Below, piece by piece: positions 18,418-27,837 of a DNA stretch of 64,000 bases. The notes beneath the pieces were generated by a model, which was given only the letters and a program-made list of their open reading frames with translations, was not told where the DNA came from and ran no database searches. Every line of letters starts with the position of its first letter. Position 1 is the stretch's first letter. The position numbers and the translations under genes are program-made. The stretch spans positions 124,001 to 188,000 of IMG/VR virus record IMGVR_UViG_3300046543_000266; one strand, 5' to 3'.

Positions 18418-19896
18418 TTACGTGTTGAAGTTGCAAAGCTGAAGCGTGATGACGGCACCAACGTTGGCGGAGTATATGATTTCATCGCCGGGCAAGAACA
18501 TTGCAGTGTCATGGTGACGTCGACCATAACCACCACCGCCGTCCTTAGTGTTGCGCGAGACCATAGCACCATTGACGGACATGGAAGTGTTGCGCGACTG
18601 GTCGTCGACCACCCATGTATGGCAGACACCCTGCTTGAATGTCCGAATCGCATTGTTGCTGGTATATCCAGGAACTGTGTTGCCGCCACCATTGATGACG
18701 ATGTTGGGTGCCGTCATGGTGAACGAGATCATCGCGTTGTTACCACCGCTCGGAGTATAGCTGTAGGGCGGAACGCTGATGGTACCGTCACCCGCTTCGT
18801 TGATTCCCGAACCGATCTTCACACCGCCGAGCTGTCCGCCGTTAGCTATCGGCAGCACATACGGAGGAGGCGGGCTGTACGGCGGATTGGCACTGATACG
18901 TCCGTTGCCATCTACAGTCAGGTAATCACCGACGATCACACCACCGAGGCTACCCGTCGTTGCTTTCGGCAGCACATACTGAGCCGGGATCACGGGCGGA
19001 TCTACGATCTGGCCGTAGTAGACAGTACCGCCGCGCTGATCGTCGCGATAGATACGCATCTGCGAGCCAATGGTCGGCGCACTCAACAGCGGATTGGCAT
19101 TCAGGTAGAATCGGTAGTTGCCGCCCGACACCACCACTTGCGATACCGAACGGAAGAACTGGTCGGCAGTCTTGATGACGAAACGTCGGTTCACAGTAGT
19201 CAGATCCGACGGGCGGAACTGTGCAGCCGGGAACTCGATCCACGTAGTCGTGCTGTTGGCAACGGTGAACGCTGAACCGTTTGCCGACGCGTATTCCATA
19301 TAGCCAGTGGATTCGAGGGACCACGTAGCATCGCTGGTGTTGGTCAGCAACGAGCTGTCCCCATGCGAGTTCAGTTCACGCACCAGAACCAGAGGGATAT
19401 CCGGATTGGCCGACAGTACCGGCGGATACACATCGCTCCAGTTGTAGACTTCCCATACCGCCGGAGGGCCGTTCATAGTGTCGATCTGGAAGACTGCCGT
19501 GGACTGTTGCAGCTTCAGCAGCGCGTGGAACGTATAGCTCGACACGACGTTGGTTCCCAGCGAGCTGTACTTCGTCTGCGGAGTTTCGAACACAGCCTTC
19601 GCGAACATCGTGCCGTCTTGCAGGAACACTGCGACCTCACCGAAGTCGAAGGGGCCAGCGTCCGGCGGGATCTCCAGAACGATGTCGATAGTGTTGTTGC
19701 CGATATTGTTGTACGTGGTGGGGACGCCGGTGTACAGCAGATTGCCGTTGATCCCAGCGTCGGTAGTCTGCGGGTCGTACCCGTAACCACTGCCGATCTG
19801 AAAGCTGGTGATGTGGATGTACGGTCCAGTCGGGGTTGCGACACTGGCAACCGCCAGCCCCCGATCGGTGATGAGAAACAGTGGAGTACCTGCCAT
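18418..19896 (-). CDS. Baseplate-anchored tail fibre
   Basis: LITDRGLAVA..GPFDFGEV N-terminus and LPxAxxGxLGGVKIG repeats. Confidence 0.75.
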   Translation of the reverse strand: MAGTPLFLITDRGLAVASVATPTGPYIHITSFQIGSGYGYDPQTTDAGINGNLLYTGVPTTYNNIGNNTIDIVLEIPPDAGPFDFGEVAVFLQDGTMFAKAVFETPQTKYSSLGTNVVSSYTFHALLKLQQSTAVFQIDTMNGPPAVWEVYNWSDVYPPVLSANPDIPLVLVRELNSHGDSSLLTNTSDATWSLESTGYMEYASANGSAFTVANSTTTWIEFPAAQFRPSDLTTVNRRFVIKTADQFFRSVSQVVVSGGNYRFYLNANPLLSAPTIGSQMRIYRDDQRGGTVYYGQIVDPPVIPAQYVLPKATTGSLGGVIVGDYLTVDGNGRISANPPYSPPPPYVLPIANGGQLGGVKIGSGINEAGDGTISVPPYSYTPSGGNNAMISFTMTAPNIVINGGGNTVPGYTSNNAIRTFKQGVCHTWVVDDQSRNTSMSVNGAMVSRNTKDGGGGYGRRHHDTAMFLPGDEIIYSANVGAVITLQLCNFNT

Positions 19897-19922
19897 GATA
19901 TGCCTTGAACGTTATACGTTGG

Positions 19923-21038
19923 TTAGATGAGGCGCGGGCTGATAACGTTCAGCGGACGCGACTGCTGATCCTTCTGCAACCCGAAGAAGTAGTTGCGGAT
20001 ACCATAGCTAAGGTCGAAGTTCGCCGGGAATGTTCCCAGATTGGTCTTGCCCGTGGTCACAGTCAGCGCTTCGGTATCCGTCCAACTCAAATTAAGGATG
20101 CCGCTGCCGCTGCTACTGTTCGCACTGGTAGGGCTCAACACACTCGTCGTAGTGTTGCCCGGGATGTCGGCGTACAGCTTGATGAAGTACTGACGCGCCA
20201 GAAGCTGAGCTGCTGACGGGCCCGACGCCGCGTTCATCAGCAGACCGTTGATCTGGAACTGCGATGCGAACTGCGTGAGGTTGAGGCCTAGGGCACGAGC
20301 TTGCACACCCAAGAAGCCGAAGTACGCATTGGTGTCCGTCATGTTGACGATACTACCAACCAACTGAACGTATCCAGCGTCTGCCAGCGAAGGGCTGCGC
20401 ACAACGTCGATGTTCTGCGAGTACAAGCCGATGGAAGGAGTAGCAGGTGCCGCCGGAAGGTTGAGTTTCACGCCGCGGATGATGACGGTGCCACCCAGAC
20501 GATTGATACCGTTCATGTACCACTGCGCGCTGATGTTCTGCACAGCGAACGTGATGACTGGACGGTTCAGATCAGCCATCCATGCGGGAGCCGCACCTGT
20601 GCCGATTGGAGCGCCGTTGAAGTCACCGTACTGAGCATCGCCGTAGAACGTCAGGGTTACACGTCCACCGTAGATGTTGAAGTCGGCGTTCATCGAGAAC
20701 GACTGTCCGGCTTGCAGTGCGATCGTGGTATCCGCCGCGCGATATTGACCGAAGGGGCTTTGCGACGACAGGTAGGCCAGCGCATAGTCCAGCGAGCGGA
20801 ACGGTGCGGCTTTCGTGCCGTGTGCCGGATCGTCGACTCCAGTGCTGGAGTTCACGTAGTAAGCAGTCGAACCGAGCTGACCGCCGACGTACAGTCCGTC
20901 ACCAACGCTCTGAATGGTATTGCCAGCACGCGCAGACAACGGGACCAGCGCCGGGTTCACAGCCTCGACGCCCGAAGTCATGGGTCGATGGACCTTCGCG
21001 GTCGCATCATACACATCAGGGTTTAAAAAGTTTGCCAT
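19923..21038 (-). CDS. Hypothetical virion/baseplate protein
   Basis: In the baseplate operon; YYVNSSTGVDD..GTKAAPFRSL motif is common to adhesin N-termini. Confidence 0.6.
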   Translation of the reverse strand: MANFLNPDVYDATAKVHRPMTSGVEAVNPALVPLSARAGNTIQSVGDGLYVGGQLGSTAYYVNSSTGVDDPAHGTKAAPFRSLDYALAYLSSQSPFGQYRAADTTIALQAGQSFSMNADFNIYGGRVTLTFYGDAQYGDFNGAPIGTGAAPAWMADLNRPVITFAVQNISAQWYMNGINRLGGTVIIRGVKLNLPAAPATPSIGLYSQNIDVVRSPSLADAGYVQLVGSIVNMTDTNAYFGFLGVQARALGLNLTQFASQFQINGLLMNAASGPSAAQLLARQYFIKLYADIPGNTTTSVLSPTSANSSSGSGILNLSWTDTEALTVTTGKTNLGTFPANFDLSYGIRNYFFGLQKDQQSRPLNVISPRLI

Positions 21039-21045
21039 GTCTTAT

Positions 21046-22299
21046 TTACCAATATGGGGTGAACTGGCCGCTGCCCGGGACGACTTCCTTGAAGCCCTTC
21101 GGATTCACGAGCAGATTAGCGCGTTGATTGCCTACGACCTGTGACGGTATCCAGTCCGGGTGTGTACCCGTCCGTGCGGTAGGTATCACGGTGTAGACCG
21201 GGAGTCGAGCATCCGACCGACTGCTGCCCGGTACTGGAATCCAACCTACGGGTCCGTACAGAACCTTGTATCCGTCAGGCGTACCAGTCGTGGACGCGCC
21301 ACCACACAGAGTGGTTGGCAACGTCGGCGTGTTGCTAACTGCCTGATCATGCAGAGTGTACGCGGGGAGCTTGTTGCCGGACTGGTCCTGAATCCAGGCA
21401 GTCGGCTGGCTCAGCATGTAGATGCTGGTGTAGTCGGTCGCCGCCGGATTGGACATCAACGCACCTGACGGGACGTTCGGAGCCGTGTCGTAAATCGGCG
21501 GACTATCCACACCCATACGCATGGTATTGGACAGCACGATTGCCGAGTCGCCCCACAGACCGATGGCTACGACCTTGGCGTCGGTGTATCCAGCTTCCAG
21601 GTGGTCAACCACCGGGATCTTGTAGTCGAGCCTGACAGACTCAAGAACCAGATTGTAGTTGGCGATTTCATAGAAGAAAGACACCAGAGTCTTGATGTCC
21701 AGCTTCTCCAAACCACCGGATGCAATCACAGCTACGTGCGTAGTCGGATACCATGTGCCGCCGTCCCAGATCGCGGTGCCGATAGTCTGGTCACCTTCGT
21801 CGTAGAAGTTCACATAGTCCTGCGTCCACTGCTTGCGCACGTCGAGGCTGGTGGACAGGCAGTAGTTGATGAAGTTGATGAACGACTCGGTGCCTTTGCC
21901 GAACCAGTATTGCCCGACCCATCGACTGATCGTCTGATAGTTGTCGCTGGTTACAACTCCGGCGTTCTGCAGCTTCATCCCCAACGCGTTCACTTGCTTG
22001 ACCAGCAAGTCCCGCTCAGGCTGCGACCACGCCTCGAACGGGATGAGCTGGCTCTCGTTGATGTACGTAGCTTCCATCTCCGGATTGGTCACCCACATAT
22101 TACGCAGGTTGCCCAAGATCTCCGTCTTCTTGTCCACAGTCGTTTCGAACACTTCGTCGACCGCGTCCATGAAGTCCGTGAAGTACGGGTTGATCTCCAG
22201 ATACGGCGGCAGCAGGATTGACCGCGGTGTGCGATAACCAAGCCGCCGATTCTCAGCAGGATCGTTAGACGGTGGATCCGTCGTGTATTGGTAGCTCAT
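21046..22299 (-). CDS. Baseplate wedge subunit (P2 gpI / T4 gp7-like)
   Basis: LLPPYL..NP, KGTESFINF motifs; follows the gp6/J-like gene. Confidence 0.6.
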   Translation of the reverse strand: MSYQYTTDPPSNDPAENRRLGYRTPRSILLPPYLEINPYFTDFMDAVDEVFETTVDKKTEILGNLRNMWVTNPEMEATYINESQLIPFEAWSQPERDLLVKQVNALGMKLQNAGVVTSDNYQTISRWVGQYWFGKGTESFINFINYCLSTSLDVRKQWTQDYVNFYDEGDQTIGTAIWDGGTWYPTTHVAVIASGGLEKLDIKTLVSFFYEIANYNLVLESVRLDYKIPVVDHLEAGYTDAKVVAIGLWGDSAIVLSNTMRMGVDSPPIYDTAPNVPSGALMSNPAATDYTSIYMLSQPTAWIQDQSGNKLPAYTLHDQAVSNTPTLPTTLCGGASTTGTPDGYKVLYGPVGWIPVPGSSRSDARLPVYTVIPTARTGTHPDWIPSQVVGNQRANLLVNPKGFKEVVPGSGQFTPYW

Positions 22300-22302
22300 G
22301 GT

Positions 22303-24087
22303 TTATCCGTTTGACAGACGCGTCGGATTGTTGCTGTCGATACGCTGCTGACGTTCCGCGTAGAACACGTTGATGGTCAAGCTGTTCAGCGAGTTGTAGC
22401 GAATCGGCGTGTTAGCGATCGTGGTAGGCGCACCACCCGTCGGCGTTATCGTACCGTTGTCCGTGAAGGTCAGCGGCGACGCAGCCGATACGTTAGCCAG
22501 AATACCTAGCTGGCCGCTCTTGCGACCCCAGACTTGATACGAGGCAGCGTTCACGACGGCGGGCCAATCAAGCTTGACCGCATAGCTATTTGTCACACTG
22601 ACGATCTGCGGGAATGTCCAGTTGGTCGGAACACCGACTTCGCCCGTGGTAAGCGTGGTGCTGACTGCGTATGCGTATACTGACGAACCCAAACCACCAC
22701 CGCCCGGAATCAGAGTGTACGTGGCATCAGGACTTTCCGGGCTGGTGACGACCATCGAACCAGTAGGAGCATTCGGGATGATGTACGATATCTGACCGGG
22801 AGCCGCAGCCGTTGCCACGTCGATCAAGTCGGACACGTAGAAGTTGGTCATCAACAAACCGGGGCGCGGAGCAAACAGCTTGGTGATCGCGCTGGTCACT
22901 GCGGTCTGCACTTGGGACGGAATAGCCGTGTTGAACACGTACACGTCCAGCGCCACGTCGCGCGGTACAGCGATCGGATCCTGCCACAGGAAGTACGGAG
23001 CGTACATCGTGACTGATTGGCAGTAGTCCGTGAAGCTCCTCTTCTGCGCCTGTGTCCACGGACTGCTGGTCAACCCGGCTACGCGGATAACGTTCATCCA
23101 GCGATAGTCCGAGGGGTTGATCTCACGCTGTGCCTGCGTCACTGCATCCAGGATACCGGGATACGTGGCGATGGTTGCTTGATACTGCGACTTGGTGACC
23201 GCCGACTGGTAAGTCCCGAATCCACCGGCTGCCACGTTCTTGTAGGCGACCACAGGCTTGTCGTTGGAACCACCGGTCGGATTGGCGTTGAACGTGCCGG
23301 TGATCTGCGGGAAGCCAGTGACGCTCACTGCCTTGTTGATGGTTACGACGTTGTTCCCGTTCGAACCCTGAGTAACCGGGTACGAGATGACAACCGCGTC
23401 GTTGACCTGCGGGATGGTGCCGAACTGGCCGTTCAACCCACCCAGATTACCGAACTGAATGAGCAACCGTCCGTCAGACATAGACAGGTCAGCGTAACCG
23501 GGCACACCGTCGAAGTTCCACAAGACGCCGAACGACTTGGGAATGATGGTGCCGTTCACCTGCACGATAACGTCCTGATCCGAGATCACGAACCCGTCTT
23601 GCGAGGACACGAACGTCTGCCGTTCAGTACCCAGACCGTTCATGGCGTAGCTGTAGACCTTGCCTTCATACAACGTTACTGCCAATGGCACGCCCGCCAT
23701 GATGGTGATCTGCGAGCGGTTGAAGAAGTACGCGCCGCCACATGAGAACTGTGTCAGTGGCGGAAGGCTGACTGATACCGGGCTGTTGAGCGTACCGGTC
23801 ACACCGGCCGGCAGATAGCGGGCGATACGCAGTCCCTGCATCTGCGTGATGGACAGGATCGAATCGTCAGCCTGTGCCGTTTCCGAGAACACGTCCTCGA
23901 CTTCGCGCATGATACGGCCTTGCGCAAAGGCACCAACAGCGCTGATAAGTTCGATCAGGGTTTGCGATGTCTGCGTTGTGAGGTTGCCTACCCAAGTAGG
24001 CTTGTTCGCCAACGCCTGTTGGAACTGTGCGACGAACTGGTCAACGTCCGCGGTCAGGTCCGACAAAACGAGATTGGTGGTTGCCAT
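22303..24087 (-). CDS. Baseplate wedge protein (T4 gp6 / baseplate J-like)
   Basis: D.DQ..AQ..Q.L, ETAQ..DSIL, TQGSNGN, PTGGSND, SAVTKSQY; follows the gp25-like gene. Confidence 0.75.
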   Translation of the reverse strand: MATTNLVLSDLTADVDQFVAQFQQALANKPTWVGNLTTQTSQTLIELISAVGAFAQGRIMREVEDVFSETAQADDSILSITQMQGLRIARYLPAGVTGTLNSPVSVSLPPLTQFSCGGAYFFNRSQITIMAGVPLAVTLYEGKVYSYAMNGLGTERQTFVSSQDGFVISDQDVIVQVNGTIIPKSFGVLWNFDGVPGYADLSMSDGRLLIQFGNLGGLNGQFGTIPQVNDAVVISYPVTQGSNGNNVVTINKAVSVTGFPQITGTFNANPTGGSNDKPVVAYKNVAAGGFGTYQSAVTKSQYQATIATYPGILDAVTQAQREINPSDYRWMNVIRVAGLTSSPWTQAQKRSFTDYCQSVTMYAPYFLWQDPIAVPRDVALDVYVFNTAIPSQVQTAVTSAITKLFAPRPGLLMTNFYVSDLIDVATAAAPGQISYIIPNAPTGSMVVTSPESPDATYTLIPGGGGLGSSVYAYAVSTTLTTGEVGVPTNWTFPQIVSVTNSYAVKLDWPAVVNAASYQVWGRKSGQLGILANVSAASPLTFTDNGTITPTGGAPTTIANTPIRYNSLNSLTINVFYAERQQRIDSNNPTRLSNG

Positions 24088-24095
24088 CTATTTCT

Positions 24096-24515
24096 CTACT
24101 GAGTGATCGTGAAGTTAATGGCCTGTCTTGCACTCGTGAGTCCTACACCAAACGCCAGCCTCACGTTGTAACCGGGGAGCGTCAGGTCAGGTGTGATAAA
24201 CGAGTTAGACATGTCGAGGTTGATGCGCGGTTCCCAGCGAGCGATAGCCTGGATCATCGCGATCTGCATCTTGTTGGCGGTTGTCTGATCGATCGGTTCC
24301 TGCAAGAACTGATACCACATCGAGCCGTACTCCGGCTGGAAGATGCGGGACCGGGAACCTATGGGGCAGTTGAACAGATTGAAGAGGCTACACAACTGGA
24401 TAGCCTGTGCGTCAGGCAAACGATCCGGTAGATTGTTCATACCGAACTGAGTATTTACGTCGATCCAGGTTGCGCCGTCCAACGACGTCTGGTACGAAGT
24501 GAGTTGAGCGGCCAT
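24096..24515 (-). CDS. Baseplate wedge gp25/GPW-like protein
   Basis: LFNCPIGSRSRIFQPEYGS...QEPID...AIARWEPRI is the GPW_gp25 signature. Confidence 0.85.
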   Translation of the reverse strand: MAAQLTSYQTSLDGATWIDVNTQFGMNNLPDRLPDAQAIQLCSLFNLFNCPIGSRSRIFQPEYGSMWYQFLQEPIDQTTANKMQIAMIQAIARWEPRINLDMSNSFITPDLTLPGYNVRLAFGVGLTSARQAINFTITQ

Positions 24516-24541
24516 TGCTATACCCTGTAAAATTCGGATTG

Positions 24542-25357
24542 TTAGATCGGCTGATTCGGCTTGCCAGTCGTGCGCTCGTTGCCGTCGTCAGTGTATTCGT
24601 GATCGTGATTGTCGTAGGTGCTGCGCATGTTCCCGACGGTCTTGGAGTTACCCGAACTCGTCAAGTCGGTAATGTCACCACCGGCCGCGATCGTGGAATC
24701 CGCAACGATGGGGCCGTGGAAGTTATGTGCCGACGCAGTGTACGTAGCGGTTCCACCTGCCTGAACCGTGATGTTACTACTGGCGTGGACCGCGGCATTG
24801 CCACTAGCGGTGATAGACGCGTTCCCAGTAACGTTGACAGTCCAGTCGCCATTGGAATTCGTGACGTCCCCGTTGACCTGCGTGATGCGCTTGCCGTTAG
24901 CGTCGATATTGATTTGCGCGCCGCCCTTCGTGATGAAGGTATAGGTATGGTTCGTCATATCGTACTTGACGATGTTACCATCCGGGTCCTTGAAGCCCCA
25001 CACGTTCGGATCGCTGAAGTCCGCGTTCACATCGGCCTTGACTTGCACCGGCGAGTACAGAGCGTTGTGCTCATCACCGTTCTGCAACTCGATCTTGATC
25101 TTGCTGCCAACCGCCGGACTGCCGTAGGTTCCGTACTGTCCGTTAGCGCCAGTACCGAAGCCGAACGGGCTGTCCTTGTGCGGACCAATCCAGGGCACTT
25201 CACCGGCAGCGCTGTCATACAGACCGGGCACGTCGGCCTGTACTCGATGGAGGCCTAACGGATCTTGATTGTTGGTCACGGTTCCCAAGTAATAGCCGGA
25301 GCCGTACTCCTCGGAATGTGATACTGTGTCGTTGGCTGTGTGGAAGGCCATGATCAA
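24542..25357 (-). CDS. Baseplate spike (gpV/gp5 OB-fold plus beta-helix)
   Basis: GTVTNNQDPLGLHRVQADVP, P.VGSKI.I.L.NGD; beta-helical repeats with a terminal HDHEY metal-binding tip. Confidence 0.8.
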   Translation of the reverse strand: MIMAFHTANDTVSHSEEYGSGYYLGTVTNNQDPLGLHRVQADVPGLYDSAAGEVPWIGPHKDSPFGFGTGANGQYGTYGSPAVGSKIKIELQNGDEHNALYSPVQVKADVNADFSDPNVWGFKDPDGNIVKYDMTNHTYTFITKGGAQINIDANGKRITQVNGDVTNSNGDWTVNVTGNASITASGNAAVHASSNITVQAGGTATYTASAHNFHGPIVADSTIAAGGDITDLTSSGNSKTVGNMRSTYDNHDHEYTDDGNERTTGKPNQPI

Positions 25358-26478
25358 CCCGATGTGTAATTAGAATTCGTGCCCTGACGTACTCCCAGCA
25401 ACTTCTCAGCGTAGTTGGCACCGACAATCAGAAAGGCTTTGGCTGAGATGATATACGTCCCGGCGTAGGCCACATCCTGCTTCTGGTTCTCGGTATCCAC
25501 TGCGAAGGTGAAGGTATCGAACAGTTGCAACGTTGTCGGCGTGGAGATGTTGAACTCAACACTCAGACTGTACGTGTTGGCAAACCGCATGTTCTGATAG
25601 ACTGCGCGCTCGTAGTTCGTGTGGACGTTGCCAACGTCGATAGCGCTGAAGGTACGGTAGCCCTGCTGGATCTTGTCTTTGATAGCTACGTTGAACAGCG
25701 GACTATTGCTGTCCGGCGTGAACGTCACCTGATCGTGCATAGTGTGCGTGTCGTCGCCAATCATCGACTGCTGGACCCGGGTATTCTGGTAGCCAGTCAT
25801 CTTGTTGTTAAGCCCAGACTTGGCTTGCGGCTGGTAGTCAGTAGCTGTGAACGCGCCGATGAGGTACTGGCCCAGAACAATCTTGGCAGACGGATCAGGC
25901 AACGTGTTCACATCCTTGTACTTCATTCCCCCGACAGGATCCACACCCAGAACCATGTATGATCCATCGTTTGCGTATCCGCGCTTCGCCACTTGCTTGG
26001 CGAACTCACCGTAGGTTCGGTTGCGAGGCATCCACAGTTGCGAATCGTTTGTGGCGGTGCCGCTATACGGGATACCGCACGTCGAAGCAATCTGAGACAG
26101 GACGTCGTCGCTTGTACCACGAACACCTCCAGTAGCAGTGCCCGTCCAGTAGCGAGGGGCGTCGTAGTAACCGTCCACCTCGTACTCAAACGACGAGCCG
26201 TTGAACTGCTTCACGTGATGGAACTTGCGGAAGTTATACGTGACTGTGGCAGCGGCTGACGGCTTGACCACCACGCGGATCGGAATGGCATCCTGCAACT
26301 CTAGCTGGTCCAGAGAGTGGATTACGTCGATGAGCTTGAAGTGCACGGTCGGAAGGAACGTCTTGGTCGAATAACCAACGTGCAGAAAGGCCAGCGTGTT
26401 AGTACCCGGATCCAGCGGATACTCCACGTTGTTGATGAAGATTGCTACTTCCAACCTTCCGTTTACGTTATAGCCCAT
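25354..26478 (-). CDS. Baseplate hub (gp27/GpD-like)
   Basis: Directly upstream of the spike; GTSDDVLSQIA..CG, WMPRNRTYGEFAKQVA pattern. Confidence 0.55.
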   Translation of the reverse strand: MGYNVNGRLEVAIFINNVEYPLDPGTNTLAFLHVGYSTKTFLPTVHFKLIDVIHSLDQLELQDAIPIRVVVKPSAAATVTYNFRKFHHVKQFNGSSFEYEVDGYYDAPRYWTGTATGGVRGTSDDVLSQIASTCGIPYSGTATNDSQLWMPRNRTYGEFAKQVAKRGYANDGSYMVLGVDPVGGMKYKDVNTLPDPSAKIVLGQYLIGAFTATDYQPQAKSGLNNKMTGYQNTRVQQSMIGDDTHTMHDQVTFTPDSNSPLFNVAIKDKIQQGYRTFSAIDVGNVHTNYERAVYQNMRFANTYSLSVEFNISTPTTLQLFDTFTFAVDTENQKQDVAYAGTYIISAKAFLIVGANYAEKLLGVRQGTNSNYTSG

Positions 26479-26485
26479 GCTATCC

Positions 26486-26827
26486 TCAGATGGTCAATGT
26501 CTGCTGCTGATTGTTCTGCTGCTTCGACAGATACGCGATAACGTCTGCCTTGGTTGGCACACGAAGCACCAATCCGACAGCAAGATCCGAGATCGGGTCG
26601 GACAGACCGTTGTATGCCAGAAGGGCGCGCCACAGTGACGTGTCCCCGAACAAGCGGAAGGCCAGACCCGGCAGATTAGCGACGTCGGTGGACTTCAGCT
26701 GGATCTGCGTGTTAGGCTGCACGTTGAAGCGCAGATTCTTGTAACCCGATTTGAACTTGTCGTAGTTGCCACTGTTATCCAGCGGCGTGTAGCGACTCCA
26801 GTTGTAATCGCCGGTGTAACCGTCCAT
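26486..26827 (-). CDS. Baseplate wedge gp53/tail-X (LysM-like) protein
   Basis: LPGLAFRLFGDTSLWRALLAYNGLSDP..L..GLVLRVP. Confidence 0.75.
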   Translation of the reverse strand: MDGYTGDYNWSRYTPLDNSGNYDKFKSGYKNLRFNVQPNTQIQLKSTDVANLPGLAFRLFGDTSLWRALLAYNGLSDPISDLAVGLVLRVPTKADVIAYLSKQQNNQQQTLTI

Positions 26828-26837
26828 GATCTATCTC

Positions 26838-27833
26838 CTACAGGTGGAAGCCGAATGAACTGGCGGCTTTCGAGGCAGCGCCAGATGCGGCTTGGAATGC
26901 GTTCTGACCGACGCTGGAAATTGCGTTCGGAATGCTGAACCCGAAGTTGTCGGCACCGCTGGTGGTCCCACCGTTAGGATTCAGGAACAACTGATCCAAG
27001 TCCGACTGGACCAGCATGAAGAGTGGCTTGAATCCGACCATCACCTTCGCGTGGTGCGGCAAGCCAGTCTGCGCATCGAAGTTGGAACTGAACGTCTGCT
27101 GCACGTTCGTGATGACCACGCTATCGAAGAACATGTAGTTACCGATGCGGATGCTGATCTGATTCTTGATACGCGACTTCCAGTAAGCGGACGTACCGAG
27201 ACTGGGGTTCTGCTGCAAGCTCGACTGAATGGTCGAGTTAGCCCCGTCGTTAGACGTCGTTGCACTGTTACTCAACGTGCCTAGTTGCGGGGACACACCG
27301 ATAGCGCTGCCTACTTGGTTGACGACATCCTTGCCAAGATTCGTCGCGGTGTTCCACAGACCTTTGGCAACCGTACCGAACGTGGTGCCAGCGCTTTTGA
27401 TACCGTCAGCGGCGGTCCCCACCAACTGCGACAAGTCCATGGACGGGCCGGGCTGTTGCAGCAATCCGAACGTGGAGTTGATTGAAGGCATCGTCAACTT
27501 CAACAGGTTCAGAATCGGCTGCCGCACGTCGGCATCCGGATCCGTTTCGGTGTGGAACTCCAATTCGATCGACAGGTCCGAGTCCTGATTACCAGACCAG
27601 ATCTGAGCCGTAAGCGCTTGCACCGACAGCTTGGTGCCGAACAACGCCATCGCGTCGTTCAGCTTCTTGTTGCCTGAGAGCCCTTGTGCGAACGGTGTGT
27701 CGTAAGTGGCACGAGCATCGAACGCGAAGCTATCAGGCATCGGTGCAGTCACGACGATAGGCTGTCCGCCGTTGCTCGGCTGCGTCTGTTGAATGACGCA
27801 CAGATAATTCGTATTTGCCATTGTAAACCCCAA
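26838..27833 (-). CDS. Tail-tube initiator / baseplate protein (gp48/gp54-like)
   Basis: IWSG...LSIELEF, IRIGNYMFFDSVVITNVQQTF; synteny. Confidence 0.5.
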   Translation of the reverse strand: MGFTMANTNYLCVIQQTQPSNGGQPIVVTAPMPDSFAFDARATYDTPFAQGLSGNKKLNDAMALFGTKLSVQALTAQIWSGNQDSDLSIELEFHTETDPDADVRQPILNLLKLTMPSINSTFGLLQQPGPSMDLSQLVGTAADGIKSAGTTFGTVAKGLWNTATNLGKDVVNQVGSAIGVSPQLGTLSNSATTSNDGANSTIQSSLQQNPSLGTSAYWKSRIKNQISIRIGNYMFFDSVVITNVQQTFSSNFDAQTGLPHHAKVMVGFKPLFMLVQSDLDQLFLNPNGGTTSGADNFGFSIPNAISSVGQNAFQAASGAASKAASSFGFHL

Positions 27834-27837
27834 TCAA